Position numbers and translations under genes: made by a program. A stretch of DNA of 64,000 bases from Desulfobacterales bacterium (GTDB lineage: Bacteria; Desulfobacterota; Desulfobacteria; Desulfobacterales; UBA2174): positions 165,586-229,585 of the forward strand of contig CAXXWC010000020.1 of NCBI GenBank assembly GCA_963668645.2. The letters are read 5' to 3'. Numbering within the stretch: the first letter of the stretch is position 1; each line of letters opens with the position of its first letter. Positions 18,222 through 29,112 of this stretch are shown here, piece by piece. The notes beneath the pieces are model-generated. The model did no database searches, was not told where the DNA came from, and saw only the letters and a program-made list of their open reading frames with translations.

Positions 18222-20225
18222 ATGAAATTTTCCGAACTTGTGGATATCGACGCATTACGACAGATGTGCGAAAGTTTTACCGATATTACCGGTGCGGCAA
18301 CCGCCCTTCTGGATCTGGAGGGAAACATCCTTATCGCCACGGGTTGGCAGGACATCTGTACATGTTTCCATCGGGTTCATGGCGAAACTGCGAGGCGTTG
18401 TCTGGAAAGCGATACCGTACTGGCCGGGCAATTGAAAAAAGGGGAGCGTTACAACATCTACAAATGCAAGAACGGCTTGGTGGATGTCGCCGTGCCCATC
18501 ATTATCCGTGACGAACACGTCGCCAATTTCTTTACCGGCCAGTTTTTCCTTGAGGCACCGGATGAGGCGTATTTTATTCGGCAGGCAAAGCGGTTCGGGT
18601 TTGAGCAACAGGCCTACCTTTCCGCCCTGAAGCGGGTCTCCGTTTTTTCAGAAAAGACGGTAAAATCGATGATGCGCTTTTTCACGCAATTTGCCCAATT
18701 AATCGGCGAGATGGGGCTTGTCCGGAAAGACCTCGAGACCGCCAATATAGAACTACGCGATCACCATGAACATTTGGAAGATCTGGTCGCGGAACGGACC
18801 GCCGAACTGGCCGTGGCCAAGGAAAAGGCCGAAGCCGCCAACCGGGCCAAAAGCGAATTTCTGGCCAACATGAGCCATGAACTGCGCACGCCACTGAACG
18901 CCATTCTGGGCTATTCGCAGATGATGCAGCACGATCCCGACCTTCACGCCGGGCAACAGGAATATCTGAGTACGATCAACCGTAGCGGCGAGCATTTGCT
19001 GGCGCTGATCAACGATGTGCTCGAGATTTCCAAGATCGAGGCCAAACGCATCACCCTGGTTCCCCGGGCCTTTGATCTTTGCACCATGCTTAAAGACCTT
19101 TACGCCATGTTCAAGCTCAGGGCCGATGAAAAACATCTGGCTTTTGATCTCGGTGGAACCGATGAATTGCCGCGCTATGTGATTGCCGACGCCAACAAAT
19201 TCCGCCAGATCATGATCAATCTGCTGGGCAATGCGGTAAAATTTACAGACAACGGCGGCATCGCGGTGCGCGCGGCGGTAAAGGAAAATACGGCCGGGGT
19301 GCTGCGGCTGGTGGTGGAGGTCGAGGACACCGGGCCGGGCATTTCCGAAGATGAACAGGAAAAAATATTCCAGGCCTTTGAGCAAACGGAAACGGGCCGG
19401 CAGAAACAGGGCGGCACCGGCCTGGGACTGACGATAAGCCGGGAGTATGCCCGCCTGTTGGGCGGCGATATCTTTATCACTAGCCGTGTGGGTAAAGGCA
19501 GCATCTTTTGTTTTGAGTGCAACGTGCACACAGGCCGGGAAGCGGACATAAAGGAAGAAGCGCGGCAGGACCGCGTGGTCGGGCTGGCACCAGGCCAACA
19601 GGTGCCACGTATTCTGGTGGCCGAGGATAAGCAGGAGAGTCGTCTGCTGCTGGTCAAGTCCCTCTCGCAGGCAGGCTTTGACGTTCGGCAGGCGGAAAAC
19701 GGGAAAGAGGCGGTGGCGCTTTTCAAGCAATGGTCGCCGCATTTTATCTGGATGGACATGCGTATGCCGGTGATGGACGGTCTGGAGGCCACCCGGCGCA
19801 TTCGGGGCATACCGGACGGCGATGCGGTCAGGATTGCAGCTCTTACCGCCAGTGTCATGGAAGAAGAGCGCGAATCGGTTCTGTCCGCGGGGTGCGATGA
19901 ATTCGTGCGCAAGCCTTATCGGATATCGAAGATCTTCCAGGTGATGGCAAAACATCTCGGGGTTGAATACCGCTATGCAAGCGATGCCACGGCAGGACCT
20001 GCCAAAGGCCAAATCGATGCGTGCAGGCTGTATCTGGCCGCTATGCCGGTCGAGCAGCGCGAGGCATTGACCCGGGCCGTCATTGCGTTGGACACGGAAC
20101 GTACCAAGGCGTTGTTGGAAGAGGTCTCCCGCCAGGATTCCGTGACGGGAGCGGTTTTGAAACAGCTTGCCGAAAACCTTGAGTACGACCGGCTGCTGGC
20201 CCTGTTGGAGCAGGATGCACCGTGA
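18222..20225 (+). CDS. Hybrid sensor histidine kinase with PocR ligand-binding domain
   Basis: PocR cysteine pattern [10 protein letters not shown]...RCLESD...[14 protein letters not shown]; kinase and REC motifs. Confidence 0.92.
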   Translation: MKFSELVDIDALRQMCESFTDITGAATALLDLEGNILIATGWQDICTCFHRVHGETARRCLESDTVLAGQLKKGERYNIYKCKNGLVDVAVPIIIRDEHVANFFTGQFFLEAPDEAYFIRQAKRFGFEQQAYLSALKRVSVFSEKTVKSMMRFFTQFAQLIGEMGLVRKDLETANIELRDHHEHLEDLVAERTAELAVAKEKAEAANRAKSEFLANMSHELRTPLNAILGYSQMMQHDPDLHAGQQEYLSTINRSGEHLLALINDVLEISKIEAKRITLVPRAFDLCTMLKDLYAMFKLRADEKHLAFDLGGTDELPRYVIADANKFRQIMINLLGNAVKFTDNGGIAVRAAVKENTAGVLRLVVEVEDTGPGISEDEQEKIFQAFEQTETGRQKQGGTGLGLTISREYARLLGGDIFITSRVGKGSIFCFECNVHTGREADIKEEARQDRVVGLAPGQQVPRILVAEDKQESRLLLVKSLSQAGFDVRQAENGKEAVALFKQWSPHFIWMDMRMPVMDGLEATRRIRGIPDGDAVRIAALTASVMEEERESVLSAGCDEFVRKPYRISKIFQVMAKHLGVEYRYASDATAGPAKGQIDACRLYLAAMPVEQREALTRAVIALDTERTKALLEEVSRQDSVTGAVLKQLAENLEYDRLLALLEQDAP

Positions 20226-20257
20226 GCAACACCATCTAGCCGGGAAAGGGTCATTTA

Positions 20258-22615
20258 ATGAAACCGGAAATACAACATCAGGATGCTGAAATTCTGGTTG
20301 TGGACGATATCCCCACCAATCTCAAACTATTGGCCAATATCCTGAGAGCGCGGGGATATCGCGTCCGACCCGCAGCCAGCGGGCAACTGGCGTTGCGATC
20401 CGTAGACCTCAAATCGCCCGACTTGGTCCTCTTGGATGTAAAAATGCCCGATATGGATGGATATGAGGTGTGCAGGGCCCTGAAGTCGGATTCCACGAAT
20501 GCCGATGTCCCGGTCATCTTTATCAGCGCCCTTGACGAGACCCGTGACAAGGTCAGGGGCTTTGAAGCTGGAGGCGTTGATTTCATTACCAAACCGTTTC
20601 AGGCTGAAGAGGTGCTGGCCCGGGTTGGGACCCACCTTTCCCTGCGACGCCTGCATCAGCAGTTGGCACGGCAAAATGCACAGCTTAAAAAGGAGAGTGC
20701 CGAACGGCTAAAGACCGAACAGGAACTACGAGAGCTTAACGACTTCAACCGCAAGATCTTCGAAGCGGCCGCCATAGGGGTGTTGGCCTACAACGGGCGT
20801 TCCGGGCGATGCGTCATGGCCAATCAGGCTGCTGCGAAAATTGTCAGCGCCTCTGTTGAGCAGATGCTTGCCCAAAACTTCAGGCGTATCGCATCCTGGC
20901 AGGCAATGGGCATGCTGCCCGTAGTCGAACAAGTGATCGATACCGGTATCGAACAGGATAAGGAATTGCATTTTGTGACGAGCTTCGGCCGTGAGGTGTG
21001 GTTGGAATGCCACGCGAACCGCTTTCTGAGCCATGGCGAGCCCCATCTTCTTATGCTGTTGCACGATATGACCGAAAAGAAGAGTTTTCAGGAAGCTCTA
21101 AAGCAGGCCAAGGAGGCGGCCGAGGCGGCAAACCGGGCCAAAAGTGAATTTCTGGCCAACATGAGCCATGAAATTCGCACACCGCTCAATGCGGTGATCG
21201 GTTTCAGCAATCTGTTGTCTTCCGCTGTAAACGATTCAAAACAGAAAAGCTATATAAAATCAATTCAAACTGCGGGAGAAAACCTGCTGAGGCTGATCAA
21301 TGATATTCTAGACCTCTCAAAGATCGAATCTGGAAAGTTTGAGTTGAGCTATTCTACAACAGATCTGAGAAGTTTGATAAATGAAGTTGAACAGATTTTT
21401 TCACACCAGGCGTCACAAAAGAACATACAACTCATTACTGATATTAACCCTGAGTTTCCGATCGCTCTTTTCCTCGATGAAATCCGTTTAAGGCAGGTCC
21501 TTATCAACCTGGTTGGAAATGCAGTCAAGTTTACGGAAAAAGGCTATATTAAGATCACCATCAGTGAAGCCAATAAAAGGGAGACTGACAATACTCTCGA
21601 TATCGATATTTCTGTTGAAGACACAGGTATCGGTATCACAGATCATGATATAGCGCTTATCTTTGAATCTTTCAGGCAACAAGCCGGCCAGAGTTCAGCG
21701 AAATTCGGAGGAACAGGTTTGGGGCTGACCATCTGCAAGCGACTGGTTGAAATGATGGGCGGGAGCATTTCAGTCAAAAGTGTGTCAGGTCAAGGAAGTA
21801 CTTTTGTCGTTAGAATTCGAGATGTGGCGATTTCAAATAAAAAAGTTGTTAAGGTTGAAGAGAAACAAGATCTCGAAACCATGGAGTTTGAAAAAGCGAT
21901 AGTACTCGTGGTAGATGATGTTGAATCAAATCGTGAACTGTTGAACGAAGTGCTCTCAAAGGTTAACCTTGATGTCTTAACGGCAGTCAATGGCAAAGAA
22001 GCCCTGACGATTGCGGGTAAATATCGACCCGACCTGATATTAATGGACCTTTGGATGCCAGTAATGGATGGTATTGAAGCCACTATGCGGCTGAAAATGG
22101 ATTCAAGGACAAAAACAATCCCCATCATTGCCGTTAGCGCTTTTCCTGCTTCTGATCAAGAGTCATTGGTTCTTGAAAAGGAGTTCGATGGCTTTCTTGC
22201 AAAGCCCTTCAGGCCAAGCCAATTGTTTTTTGAATTATCAAAATATTTGCACGAAACAAAAAAAGACAGCAATGCAAGCAGGGTCGACGAAACGTACAAC
22301 CCTTCCTCTTTAGACTATACGCTACCCGAAATGGTATCAAATATTGATAAAGTTGTTAAGATTATTGATTCCGATTTTATGGTAAAATGGGAAGAGTTAC
22401 AAAAAATGCTGCCCATGAAAACTGTTCGAAAATTCGGAAAAGAATTGGAATTGTTGGGGTTAAAATACGCGATTACGTTTTTATCGAATTATGGCAAAGA
22501 TCTATTTATTTACGCCAATAATTTTGATGTGGAAAACATGAAAATCATGATAAATAAGTTCCCAAAAATAGTGAACAAAATAAAATCGTTAGGGGAGAAA
22601 AATCATGGTCGCTGA
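20258..22615 (+). CDS. REC-PAS-HisKA-HATPase-REC hybrid kinase
   Basis: N-terminal REC (VVDD, LLDVKMP, TKPF), H-box SHEIRTPLN and a second REC (LMDLWMP). Confidence 0.92.
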   Translation: MKPEIQHQDAEILVVDDIPTNLKLLANILRARGYRVRPAASGQLALRSVDLKSPDLVLLDVKMPDMDGYEVCRALKSDSTNADVPVIFISALDETRDKVRGFEAGGVDFITKPFQAEEVLARVGTHLSLRRLHQQLARQNAQLKKESAERLKTEQELRELNDFNRKIFEAAAIGVLAYNGRSGRCVMANQAAAKIVSASVEQMLAQNFRRIASWQAMGMLPVVEQVIDTGIEQDKELHFVTSFGREVWLECHANRFLSHGEPHLLMLLHDMTEKKSFQEALKQAKEAAEAANRAKSEFLANMSHEIRTPLNAVIGFSNLLSSAVNDSKQKSYIKSIQTAGENLLRLINDILDLSKIESGKFELSYSTTDLRSLINEVEQIFSHQASQKNIQLITDINPEFPIALFLDEIRLRQVLINLVGNAVKFTEKGYIKITISEANKRETDNTLDIDISVEDTGIGITDHDIALIFESFRQQAGQSSAKFGGTGLGLTICKRLVEMMGGSISVKSVSGQGSTFVVRIRDVAISNKKVVKVEEKQDLETMEFEKAIVLVVDDVESNRELLNEVLSKVNLDVLTAVNGKEALTIAGKYRPDLILMDLWMPVMDGIEATMRLKMDSRTKTIPIIAVSAFPASDQESLVLEKEFDGFLAKPFRPSQLFFELSKYLHETKKDSNASRVDETYNPSSLDYTLPEMVSNIDKVVKIIDSDFMVKWEELQKMLPMKTVRKFGKELELLGLKYAITFLSNYGKDLFIYANNFDVENMKIMINKFPKIVNKIKSLGEKNHGR

Positions 22616-23183
22616 CAAGATGCTACAGCCTTTCTCCATTTTAATAGTTGATGATGAACCCAAAAACATTCAGCTCTTGGGGAGTCTCTTGGAGGAGAAC
22701 AATTATGATGTTGAATTTGCCATGAACGGAAAAGAATGCCTTGAATGGTTGGATAGAAAACCTTTTGATCTGGTTTTGTTGGATATTATGATGCCGGAAA
22801 TGGATGGTTATGAGGTCTGTAAAACAATAAAATCAAGCCATAGTAAAAAACATATTCCGATCATCTTCCTTACGGCCAAATCTGAAACAGATGATATCGT
22901 GAAAGCGTTTGATTCCGGTTGTTCTGATTTCGTTACAAAACCATTCAAAGCGCCTGAACTGCTGGCGAGGATTCAAAAAGAACTTGAACTCAAAATTCTG
23001 AGAGGCTTGCTGCCAATCTGTTCGTATTGTAAGAAGATACGAGATGACAAAGGATATTGGAATCAAATTGAATCCTACATTACAGATCATTCCGAAGTTG
23101 AATTCAGCCACAGTATATGTCAAGAATGTTTAAAGAAATATTATCCGGATTTTGATTTGATTGGCGATGATAAAGAACCGTGA
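22605..23183 (+). CDS. Response regulator with C-terminal Cys-rich (CxxC...CxxC) domain
   Basis: REC motifs, then LLPICSYCKKIRDDKGYW...FSHSICQEC. Confidence 0.88.
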   Translation: MVADKMLQPFSILIVDDEPKNIQLLGSLLEENNYDVEFAMNGKECLEWLDRKPFDLVLLDIMMPEMDGYEVCKTIKSSHSKKHIPIIFLTAKSETDDIVKAFDSGCSDFVTKPFKAPELLARIQKELELKILRGLLPICSYCKKIRDDKGYWNQIESYITDHSEVEFSHSICQECLKKYYPDFDLIGDDKEP

Positions 23184-23346
23184 TTTCTCCGGCCTTACTG
23201 CAGTGTTTCGGAAAGAGAAAACTAAACTGGAGTAAAAATTTAATAAATGTCGTTTTGGCAGCAGAAACAACTGTTGCCGTTGAGGACAGAATGTCCTGAA
23301 AATTTTTTAAAAAACCATCAACATTCTGAGCTGTGAGGAATCCAAC

Positions 23347-23910
23347 ATGAAAAAGAATCAACTTCCGTTGACAGTGTGTCTAGCTCTTTGTGCTATTATC
23401 GTTTCGGGGTGTGCGAGTTCTATGATGGTAAAGACCCAGCCAGTCGAGTTAAATGATAAAAATATGGCAATGGTTACCTTTCTCAGGCCGACGATTTTCG
23501 GCGGTGCCATCCAATTCGGCATATGGGATGGAGATAAATTTGTTGGCGTTCTCTCGGCCAATTCTTATATTCAGTATATGACCTCGCCAGGACAACATTA
23601 CTTTCTTGGGAGAGCTGAAAATTGGTCTTGTATACGGGCAAACTTGGAAGCAGGAAAGAGATATTATATTCTCGGCAGGGTTTTTCCGGGAATATGGAAG
23701 GCACGAATTGCATTTGATCCCATCAGGTCAGAAGATCAGCCCCAATCGCAGGTAGATGAATGGATGAACAGGTTGGCGCCTATGTCAGTGGATGAATCAA
23801 AAAGAAATGATTATGTTCAGCCACGAATCGAACAAGTCAGGAAACGGGTGCGCGAATTTGAATCAGGAAATGGAATCTGTGAAATTATGTGCCCATCCGA
23901 TGGCAGGTAA
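23347..23910 (+). CDS. Hypothetical lipoprotein (DUF2846-like)
   Basis: Lipobox VSGC; VTFLRP...PGQHYF...LEAGKRYY. Confidence 0.7.
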   Translation: MKKNQLPLTVCLALCAIIVSGCASSMMVKTQPVELNDKNMAMVTFLRPTIFGGAIQFGIWDGDKFVGVLSANSYIQYMTSPGQHYFLGRAENWSCIRANLEAGKRYYILGRVFPGIWKARIAFDPIRSEDQPQSQVDEWMNRLAPMSVDESKRNDYVQPRIEQVRKRVREFESGNGICEIMCPSDGR

Positions 23911-23987
23911 AATTCCAATTTTAAAACCGCATGGCGGGGCATGTCAACATTTAGAACGGTGCAGCAATAATCATTGCTCGCATAATA

Positions 23988-26900
23988 ATGGTGATTATGG
24001 ATCCCAGATTGGTTTATCCTATTCCATTTTTTGTCGCTGCTGCGCTTATATTTTTCGTGTCTGTTTTTGTCTATCGGCGCCGCAAGGTGCGTGGATCATG
24101 GTACTTGATTCTGTTGTGCATTGCAGCTTCGATATGGACGGCGGCAGAAGGCCTCCTCTATCTGAACCTAAGTGCCACAGTCAATATTTTCATTAATCAT
24201 CTCCAATACCTGGGGATAGCCCCGCTGCCCCCTTTGGCACTTCTTTTTACCATCTCTTTTTTCGGGCATGACGCATTGATCGCAAGAATGCGGCTTAACC
24301 TGCTTTTAGTTGTCGCGGCTCTAATTATCGCCCTGGTTTTTACAAACCCTTTTCATCATCTTGTTTTTTCAGATTTTTATACCATAAAAACCGCCTCATT
24401 GGCCATGACAGGGCTGAAACATGGTGTTTTGTGGTACTATATTCTTGAATACCACTATTTCTTGTTGGCCGGGTTAAGCTTCTTATTGATTTTCAAGTCG
24501 GCAACATCGACAGGCTTTTATCGTTTTCAAGCCATTTTGTTTCTTGTTGCAGTAATGATCGTTTGGGGGGCGAACGTTGTTTATATAACCGGCAACAGTC
24601 CGGTGCCCAATATGGACATCAGCCCGGTAGCCTTCACTGTTGTGGCTGGGGTTATGGCCTGGAGTTTCTTTAGATACAAATTTTTGGATATTCTGCCTGT
24701 AGCGCGGACCGAGATTTTTTACAAATTCGATTACGGAATCATGGTGTTAGATCAAAAACATCGGATTCTTGACATGAACTTGGCGGCCGAGGCGTTGTTT
24801 GATATTACTTTGAAAGAAACCTTGGGCTTGAGTGCTTTTCAGGTGCTACACGCCTTTCCCCAACTTTGTGATCTTTTATCTGAAATCGATCCCGGCGAGG
24901 CAATTATTTCCATTGATCAGAATAGGCGCATTTTCGATATCAGCGTTTCACCTATTAAAGATCCGAGAGACAATGTTCAAGGCATTGTGATAACATTTCG
25001 TGATGTTACCGAACGCAGAAAAGTCGAAGAGGAGCTGATTCAAAGCAAGGAAGAGTACCGTGCCCTTTCTAAGATGCTCAGGTTGATGTGCGACAACGTT
25101 CCGGATATGATATGGGCCAAAGATCTTGAAAAACGCTTTATTTTTGCAAATAAGGCGGTCTGCCAAACTATCCTTGGAATTTCGGATGTCACAGCTCTTC
25201 TGGAAAAAACGAATAGGTTTTTTTCCGAACGACAGCAAGCAGAACATCCTGATGACCCAAACTGGTATACCCTTGGTGAAGTATGTGAGGATTCAGATAC
25301 GATCACCATGAAAACCAGGATGCCCGGGCGATTTGAAGAGTGTGAAAATATAAGAGGTCGATTTGTCTGTTTAGATGTGTATAAAACACCACTTTTTAAC
25401 GAAAAAGGAGAAATGATTGGTACAGTGGGCTCTGCGCGAGATATTACCGCGCATAAGCAAGCCGAAATAGCCTTGCGCGAAAGCGAAGAACGATTCCGCA
25501 TGCTGTTGAACGATGTTTCCATGGTATCGGTTCAAGGCTATACAAAAGAGGGCAGTACCCTGTACTGGAACGAGGGATCGTGCCGGCTTTACGGGTACAC
25601 TGCCACGGAAGCCATCGGAAAGAGTATTTATGATCTGATCGTCCCGCTGGAGATGCACGACGCCTTCGCTGCAACGATCGAGAAGATGATTGATACCCGC
25701 TTGCCTGCGGCGCCCTTTGAAATCGAACTGATGCATAAGGATGGTTTTAGTATTCCGGTCTACACCAGCCACTGCATTCTTGAGCGGCAGGGGCATGCGT
25801 TGGAATTGTTTTGTATCGGCGTGGATTTGAGAAAAATCCGCAACGCCGAGCAGGAGCGCGAAAAACTCCAAGAGCAACTCAATCAAGCCAGAAAAATGGA
25901 GGCCATCGGCCGGTTGGCCGGGGGGGTGGCTCACGACTTCAACAATATGCTCGGGGTGATTCTTGCTCAAACAGAACTGGCGATGGCCGAAATGGCTCCG
26001 GAAGAAAACCTTTATTCAAGGTTGAGCGAAATTCGAAAAGCCGCCCAGCGTTCAGCCGAGCTTACACGTCAACTTTTGACCTTTGCCCGCAAACAGACCA
26101 TTGAACCCATGGTGATGAATTTAAATAAAAAGGTCGAAAATACACTTCACATTCTGTGGCCTTTGATCGGTGAAAATATCGAATTGTCCTGGCGTGCCGG
26201 GAAAAATCTCTGGACGATCAGGATAGACCCTTCCCAGGTCGATCAAATTCTCACAAACCTGTCCGCCAACGCCCGGGATGCCATCTCTGGATCAGGCAAT
26301 ATCACCATCGAAACGAGCAATAAAACGTTGGATGAAGAGCAGTGCAGTCTTTACGCTGGTGCCGTTGCAGGCGAATATGTCTGTCTTGCTGTGAACGACA
26401 ATGGTTGCGGTATGGAAAGAGAGATTGTCAAAAAGATCTTCGATCCTTTTTTTACCACCAAGAATATAGGTAAGGGTACCGGGTTAGGGCTTGCGACAGT
26501 GTATGGAGTGGTGACCCAAAACGGAGGATTCATCAGCGTTGATAGCGAGCCTGGTCGAGGCACCAGGATCATGATTTTCCTGCCCAGGCATTTTGCCGAA
26601 ATAGAAAAGGATGAACTGCTTTCTGAGAGCGAGTCCGTAGCAGAAGGAGGCAAAACCGTAATGCTGGTGGAAGACGAACCGATGATTCTGGACGTCACCA
26701 CAACGATGCTCGAACAGCTCGGATATACGGTGCTGGCGGCCGGCACGCCGAAAGAAGCCGCCGACCTGGTAGAAACGCATGCCGGTCAAATCCATCTGCT
26801 CATGACCGACGTGGTGATGCCCGAAATGAATGGCAGAGAATTGGCCGAAAACATATCATTCATTTACCCTGAAATAAGACAGCTTTTCATGTCGGGTTAT

Positions 26901-27038
26901 ACCTCCAATATTATAGCCAGTCACGGTGTTTTGGATAGAGGCTTCAACTTTATTCAGAAACCCTTTACAATGAAAGCGTTAGCCGAGAAATTGTATGAAG
27001 TGTTTGCCAAAGATACGCCTCCGGTTCATCCGCAATGA
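23988..27038 (+). CDS. Hybrid histidine kinase with HisKA_7TM and multiple PAS domains
   Basis: About 7 N-terminal TM helices, PAS repeats, GRLAGGVAHDFNN H-box, GKGTGLGL and C-terminal REC. Start may be 23997. Confidence 0.9.
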   Translation: MVIMDPRLVYPIPFFVAAALIFFVSVFVYRRRKVRGSWYLILLCIAASIWTAAEGLLYLNLSATVNIFINHLQYLGIAPLPPLALLFTISFFGHDALIARMRLNLLLVVAALIIALVFTNPFHHLVFSDFYTIKTASLAMTGLKHGVLWYYILEYHYFLLAGLSFLLIFKSATSTGFYRFQAILFLVAVMIVWGANVVYITGNSPVPNMDISPVAFTVVAGVMAWSFFRYKFLDILPVARTEIFYKFDYGIMVLDQKHRILDMNLAAEALFDITLKETLGLSAFQVLHAFPQLCDLLSEIDPGEAIISIDQNRRIFDISVSPIKDPRDNVQGIVITFRDVTERRKVEEELIQSKEEYRALSKMLRLMCDNVPDMIWAKDLEKRFIFANKAVCQTILGISDVTALLEKTNRFFSERQQAEHPDDPNWYTLGEVCEDSDTITMKTRMPGRFEECENIRGRFVCLDVYKTPLFNEKGEMIGTVGSARDITAHKQAEIALRESEERFRMLLNDVSMVSVQGYTKEGSTLYWNEGSCRLYGYTATEAIGKSIYDLIVPLEMHDAFAATIEKMIDTRLPAAPFEIELMHKDGFSIPVYTSHCILERQGHALELFCIGVDLRKIRNAEQEREKLQEQLNQARKMEAIGRLAGGVAHDFNNMLGVILAQTELAMAEMAPEENLYSRLSEIRKAAQRSAELTRQLLTFARKQTIEPMVMNLNKKVENTLHILWPLIGENIELSWRAGKNLWTIRIDPSQVDQILTNLSANARDAISGSGNITIETSNKTLDEEQCSLYAGAVAGEYVCLAVNDNGCGMEREIVKKIFDPFFTTKNIGKGTGLGLATVYGVVTQNGGFISVDSEPGRGTRIMIFLPRHFAEIEKDELLSESESVAEGGKTVMLVEDEPMILDVTTTMLEQLGYTVLAAGTPKEAADLVETHAGQIHLLMTDVVMPEMNGRELAENISFIYPEIRQLFMSGYTSNIIASHGVLDRGFNFIQKPFTMKALAEKLYEVFAKDTPPVHPQ

Positions 27039-27117
27039 CGAACATAGTTCCAAATCAGAAATATATGGCTATAGAAAATTACGCGGGCAGTTCTCGGCGC
27101 CTGAATCGCTCAAATTA

Positions 27118-27942
27118 TTATGGTTTAAGCTGCTTGCTGGCTAAAATCGTTTCCCATTCCAGTTTGACGACCTGATCTGGTTCTATGCTACCGTGGTATT
27201 GCTCGACGATGGAGATAAAACGGTCGATGGGCCCGCTGACATAAAAAGTTGGTTTCGTTACCTGCTCGGAAACGGTAGATTTTTCCGGGTGTGAAGCGAA
27301 ATAGCATTTTACCTGTTCAGCTACTGCTACGCCCGGATCGACTATTTGAATATCCGGTCCTATGGCATCTCGAACAGCGTCTATAAAGAAAGGAAAGTGG
27401 GTGCATCCAAGTACCAGGACATCAATATCCGATTCGATCAACGGTTTCAATATGCGTTTAACTAACGGTCTGATCTCCGGCCAGCGGGCGGCCCCTTCTT
27501 CCACCAGATAGACCATGATTTGGCTGGGAAGTAATTTTACCTGAACTTCATCGTCAATTCTCGATACGCTGTCCTGATAAGCGGGTGAAGTCCCAGTCAC
27601 CATCGATCCAAATACACCGATTTTTTTATTTTTAGAGGCGGCCACTGCAGATTCTGCACCCGCCGAAATGACATCGAAAACCGGCATATCCACACGCTTG
27701 CGAATGGCCTCACCGGCAATACATGTAATCGTATTACAGGCAATTACAATAACGGTTGCCCCGGTATCAACTAAAAAGTCGGTATCCTGCAACGAAAATA
27801 GTACCTTTTCATCCAAGGGGCGTGGTGCGTAGGGGAAGCGCCCGGTATCAGCGATATATCCGATCCGATGCCTTGGCAATACGGTATGCAAAGCGTTCAA
27901 AACAGATAATCCGCCGACACCGGCATCAAAGAGGCCTATCAT
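27118..27942 (-). CDS. murI: Glutamate racemase family protein (divergent motifs)
   Basis: Catalytic cysteine motifs IACNT and LGCTHFP; N-terminus IGLFDAGVGGLSV. Confidence 0.8.
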   Translation of the reverse strand: MIGLFDAGVGGLSVLNALHTVLPRHRIGYIADTGRFPYAPRPLDEKVLFSLQDTDFLVDTGATVIVIACNTITCIAGEAIRKRVDMPVFDVISAGAESAVAASKNKKIGVFGSMVTGTSPAYQDSVSRIDDEVQVKLLPSQIMVYLVEEGAARWPEIRPLVKRILKPLIESDIDVLVLGCTHFPFFIDAVRDAIGPDIQIVDPGVAVAEQVKCYFASHPEKSTVSEQVTKPTFYVSGPIDRFISIVEQYHGSIEPDQVVKLEWETILASKQLKP

Positions 27943-27969
27943 ATTAATCTCCGCTGATTTGAAAAGATA

Positions 27970-29112
27970 TTAGTCCAAATAACTGTCAAATAATTCAAGA
28001 ATAAAATTGGTGGAATCGTTTATATCTGATTTTAGCCAATGCTGGGCACCTCTCACATCTCCTTTTTTTATGCTATCAACAATATTGCGATGATATTTTA
28101 CACCGTGGGTCGGGGCACGGTCTAAAGACTGCACAAACATGATATGATAATATGGACTGATTTTGTCCCAGAGCTGTTTAATGATGTCCAAGCGAATAGG
28201 CGTGTTTGCTTGCTGATAGATTAAAAAATGAAATTTTCGATTGGTTGTCAGCAACTCAATTGTATTAACGCCTTTCCTAGCGGTTTCAAAAGCGTTATGC
28301 GCGCTTTCCAGTTGAACAAAAAAGGCGTCATCGACCCTTTTTATTGCATCTGCAACAGCTTCCGGCTCTATTAGAGATCTCATTTCTGATATCTCTACAA
28401 GATTATCCTTAGAGAGTTTATTTACCACACTTCCACATTTATTTTTGATCAATATCAATCCTTTTGCTTCAAGGCGTCCCATGGCCTCTCTAACAGGGAT
28501 CCGACTAACATCCATCATTTTGGAAATTTCTTCAGTAACTATTTTTTGGCCCGGAGCTATTCGACCTGAAAGGATCGCTTTTTCGAGTTCAATGAAAACA
28601 GTTTCCTGGACAGATCGTTTTTTAACTTTTGGTAGAATTGACCCATTGTTTATATTGATATCATCAGACATACTTTTTGCCGTTTCTTGTTTTTCTTTGT
28701 AAGCTCGTCTTAAACTCGGTAATCCGTGATACTGGACTAAACCTGTTTCATTCAGCCAACCCCGAATCATTCGTGAGACACTTTGCACCGATAACGGGCG
28801 ATTGCCTTTTTGTGACTTAAATACATACTCGTCATTTGATAACGCACAATTGTTTAGAAATTTTTTAATCGCAGAGTAAACTTCTGATGTCACCAAGGGG
28901 TTCTTGCCGAAATTGTTTTTAAAACGATTAATTTGCAATTCACTTCCAATTTCAACTGTTTTGATATCAATCATTTTTAGGCCAAGAAGATCCTTGAGTG
29001 GTACTTGAATTTCAAGCGCCAATTCAAATAATAATAAATCTCTTGGATTAGAGTCTAAATAGACTCTAATTTTATCAAATTCATTCATGGCGATAGATTT
29101 TGCTTTCGGCAC
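27970..29112 (-). CDS. GntR/FCD transcriptional regulator with N-terminal degenerate tyrosine-recombinase domain
   Basis: NPRDLLLF...DLLGLK...EYVFKSQKG..PLS...SLRR, then wHTH VSRIPVREAMGRLEAKGLI and FCD (NRKFH...H..I). Start is GTG 29112 or ATG 29088. Confidence 0.8.
   Translation of the reverse strand: MPKAKSIAMNEFDKIRVYLDSNPRDLLLFELALEIQVPLKDLLGLKMIDIKTVEIGSELQINRFKNNFGKNPLVTSEVYSAIKKFLNNCALSNDEYVFKSQKGNRPLSVQSVSRMIRGWLNETGLVQYHGLPSLRRAYKEKQETAKSMSDDININNGSILPKVKKRSVQETVFIELEKAILSGRIAPGQKIVTEEISKMMDVSRIPVREAMGRLEAKGLILIKNKCGSVVNKLSKDNLVEISEMRSLIEPEAVADAIKRVDDAFFVQLESAHNAFETARKGVNTIELLTTNRKFHFLIYQQANTPIRLDIIKQLWDKISPYYHIMFVQSLDRAPTHGVKYHRNIVDSIKKGDVRGAQHWLKSDINDSTNFILELFDSYLD

Noticed and set aside
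28700..29112. Active integrase marking a mobile element
   Set aside because: The catalytic Arg, His and Tyr equivalents are missing, and no att sites were seen.
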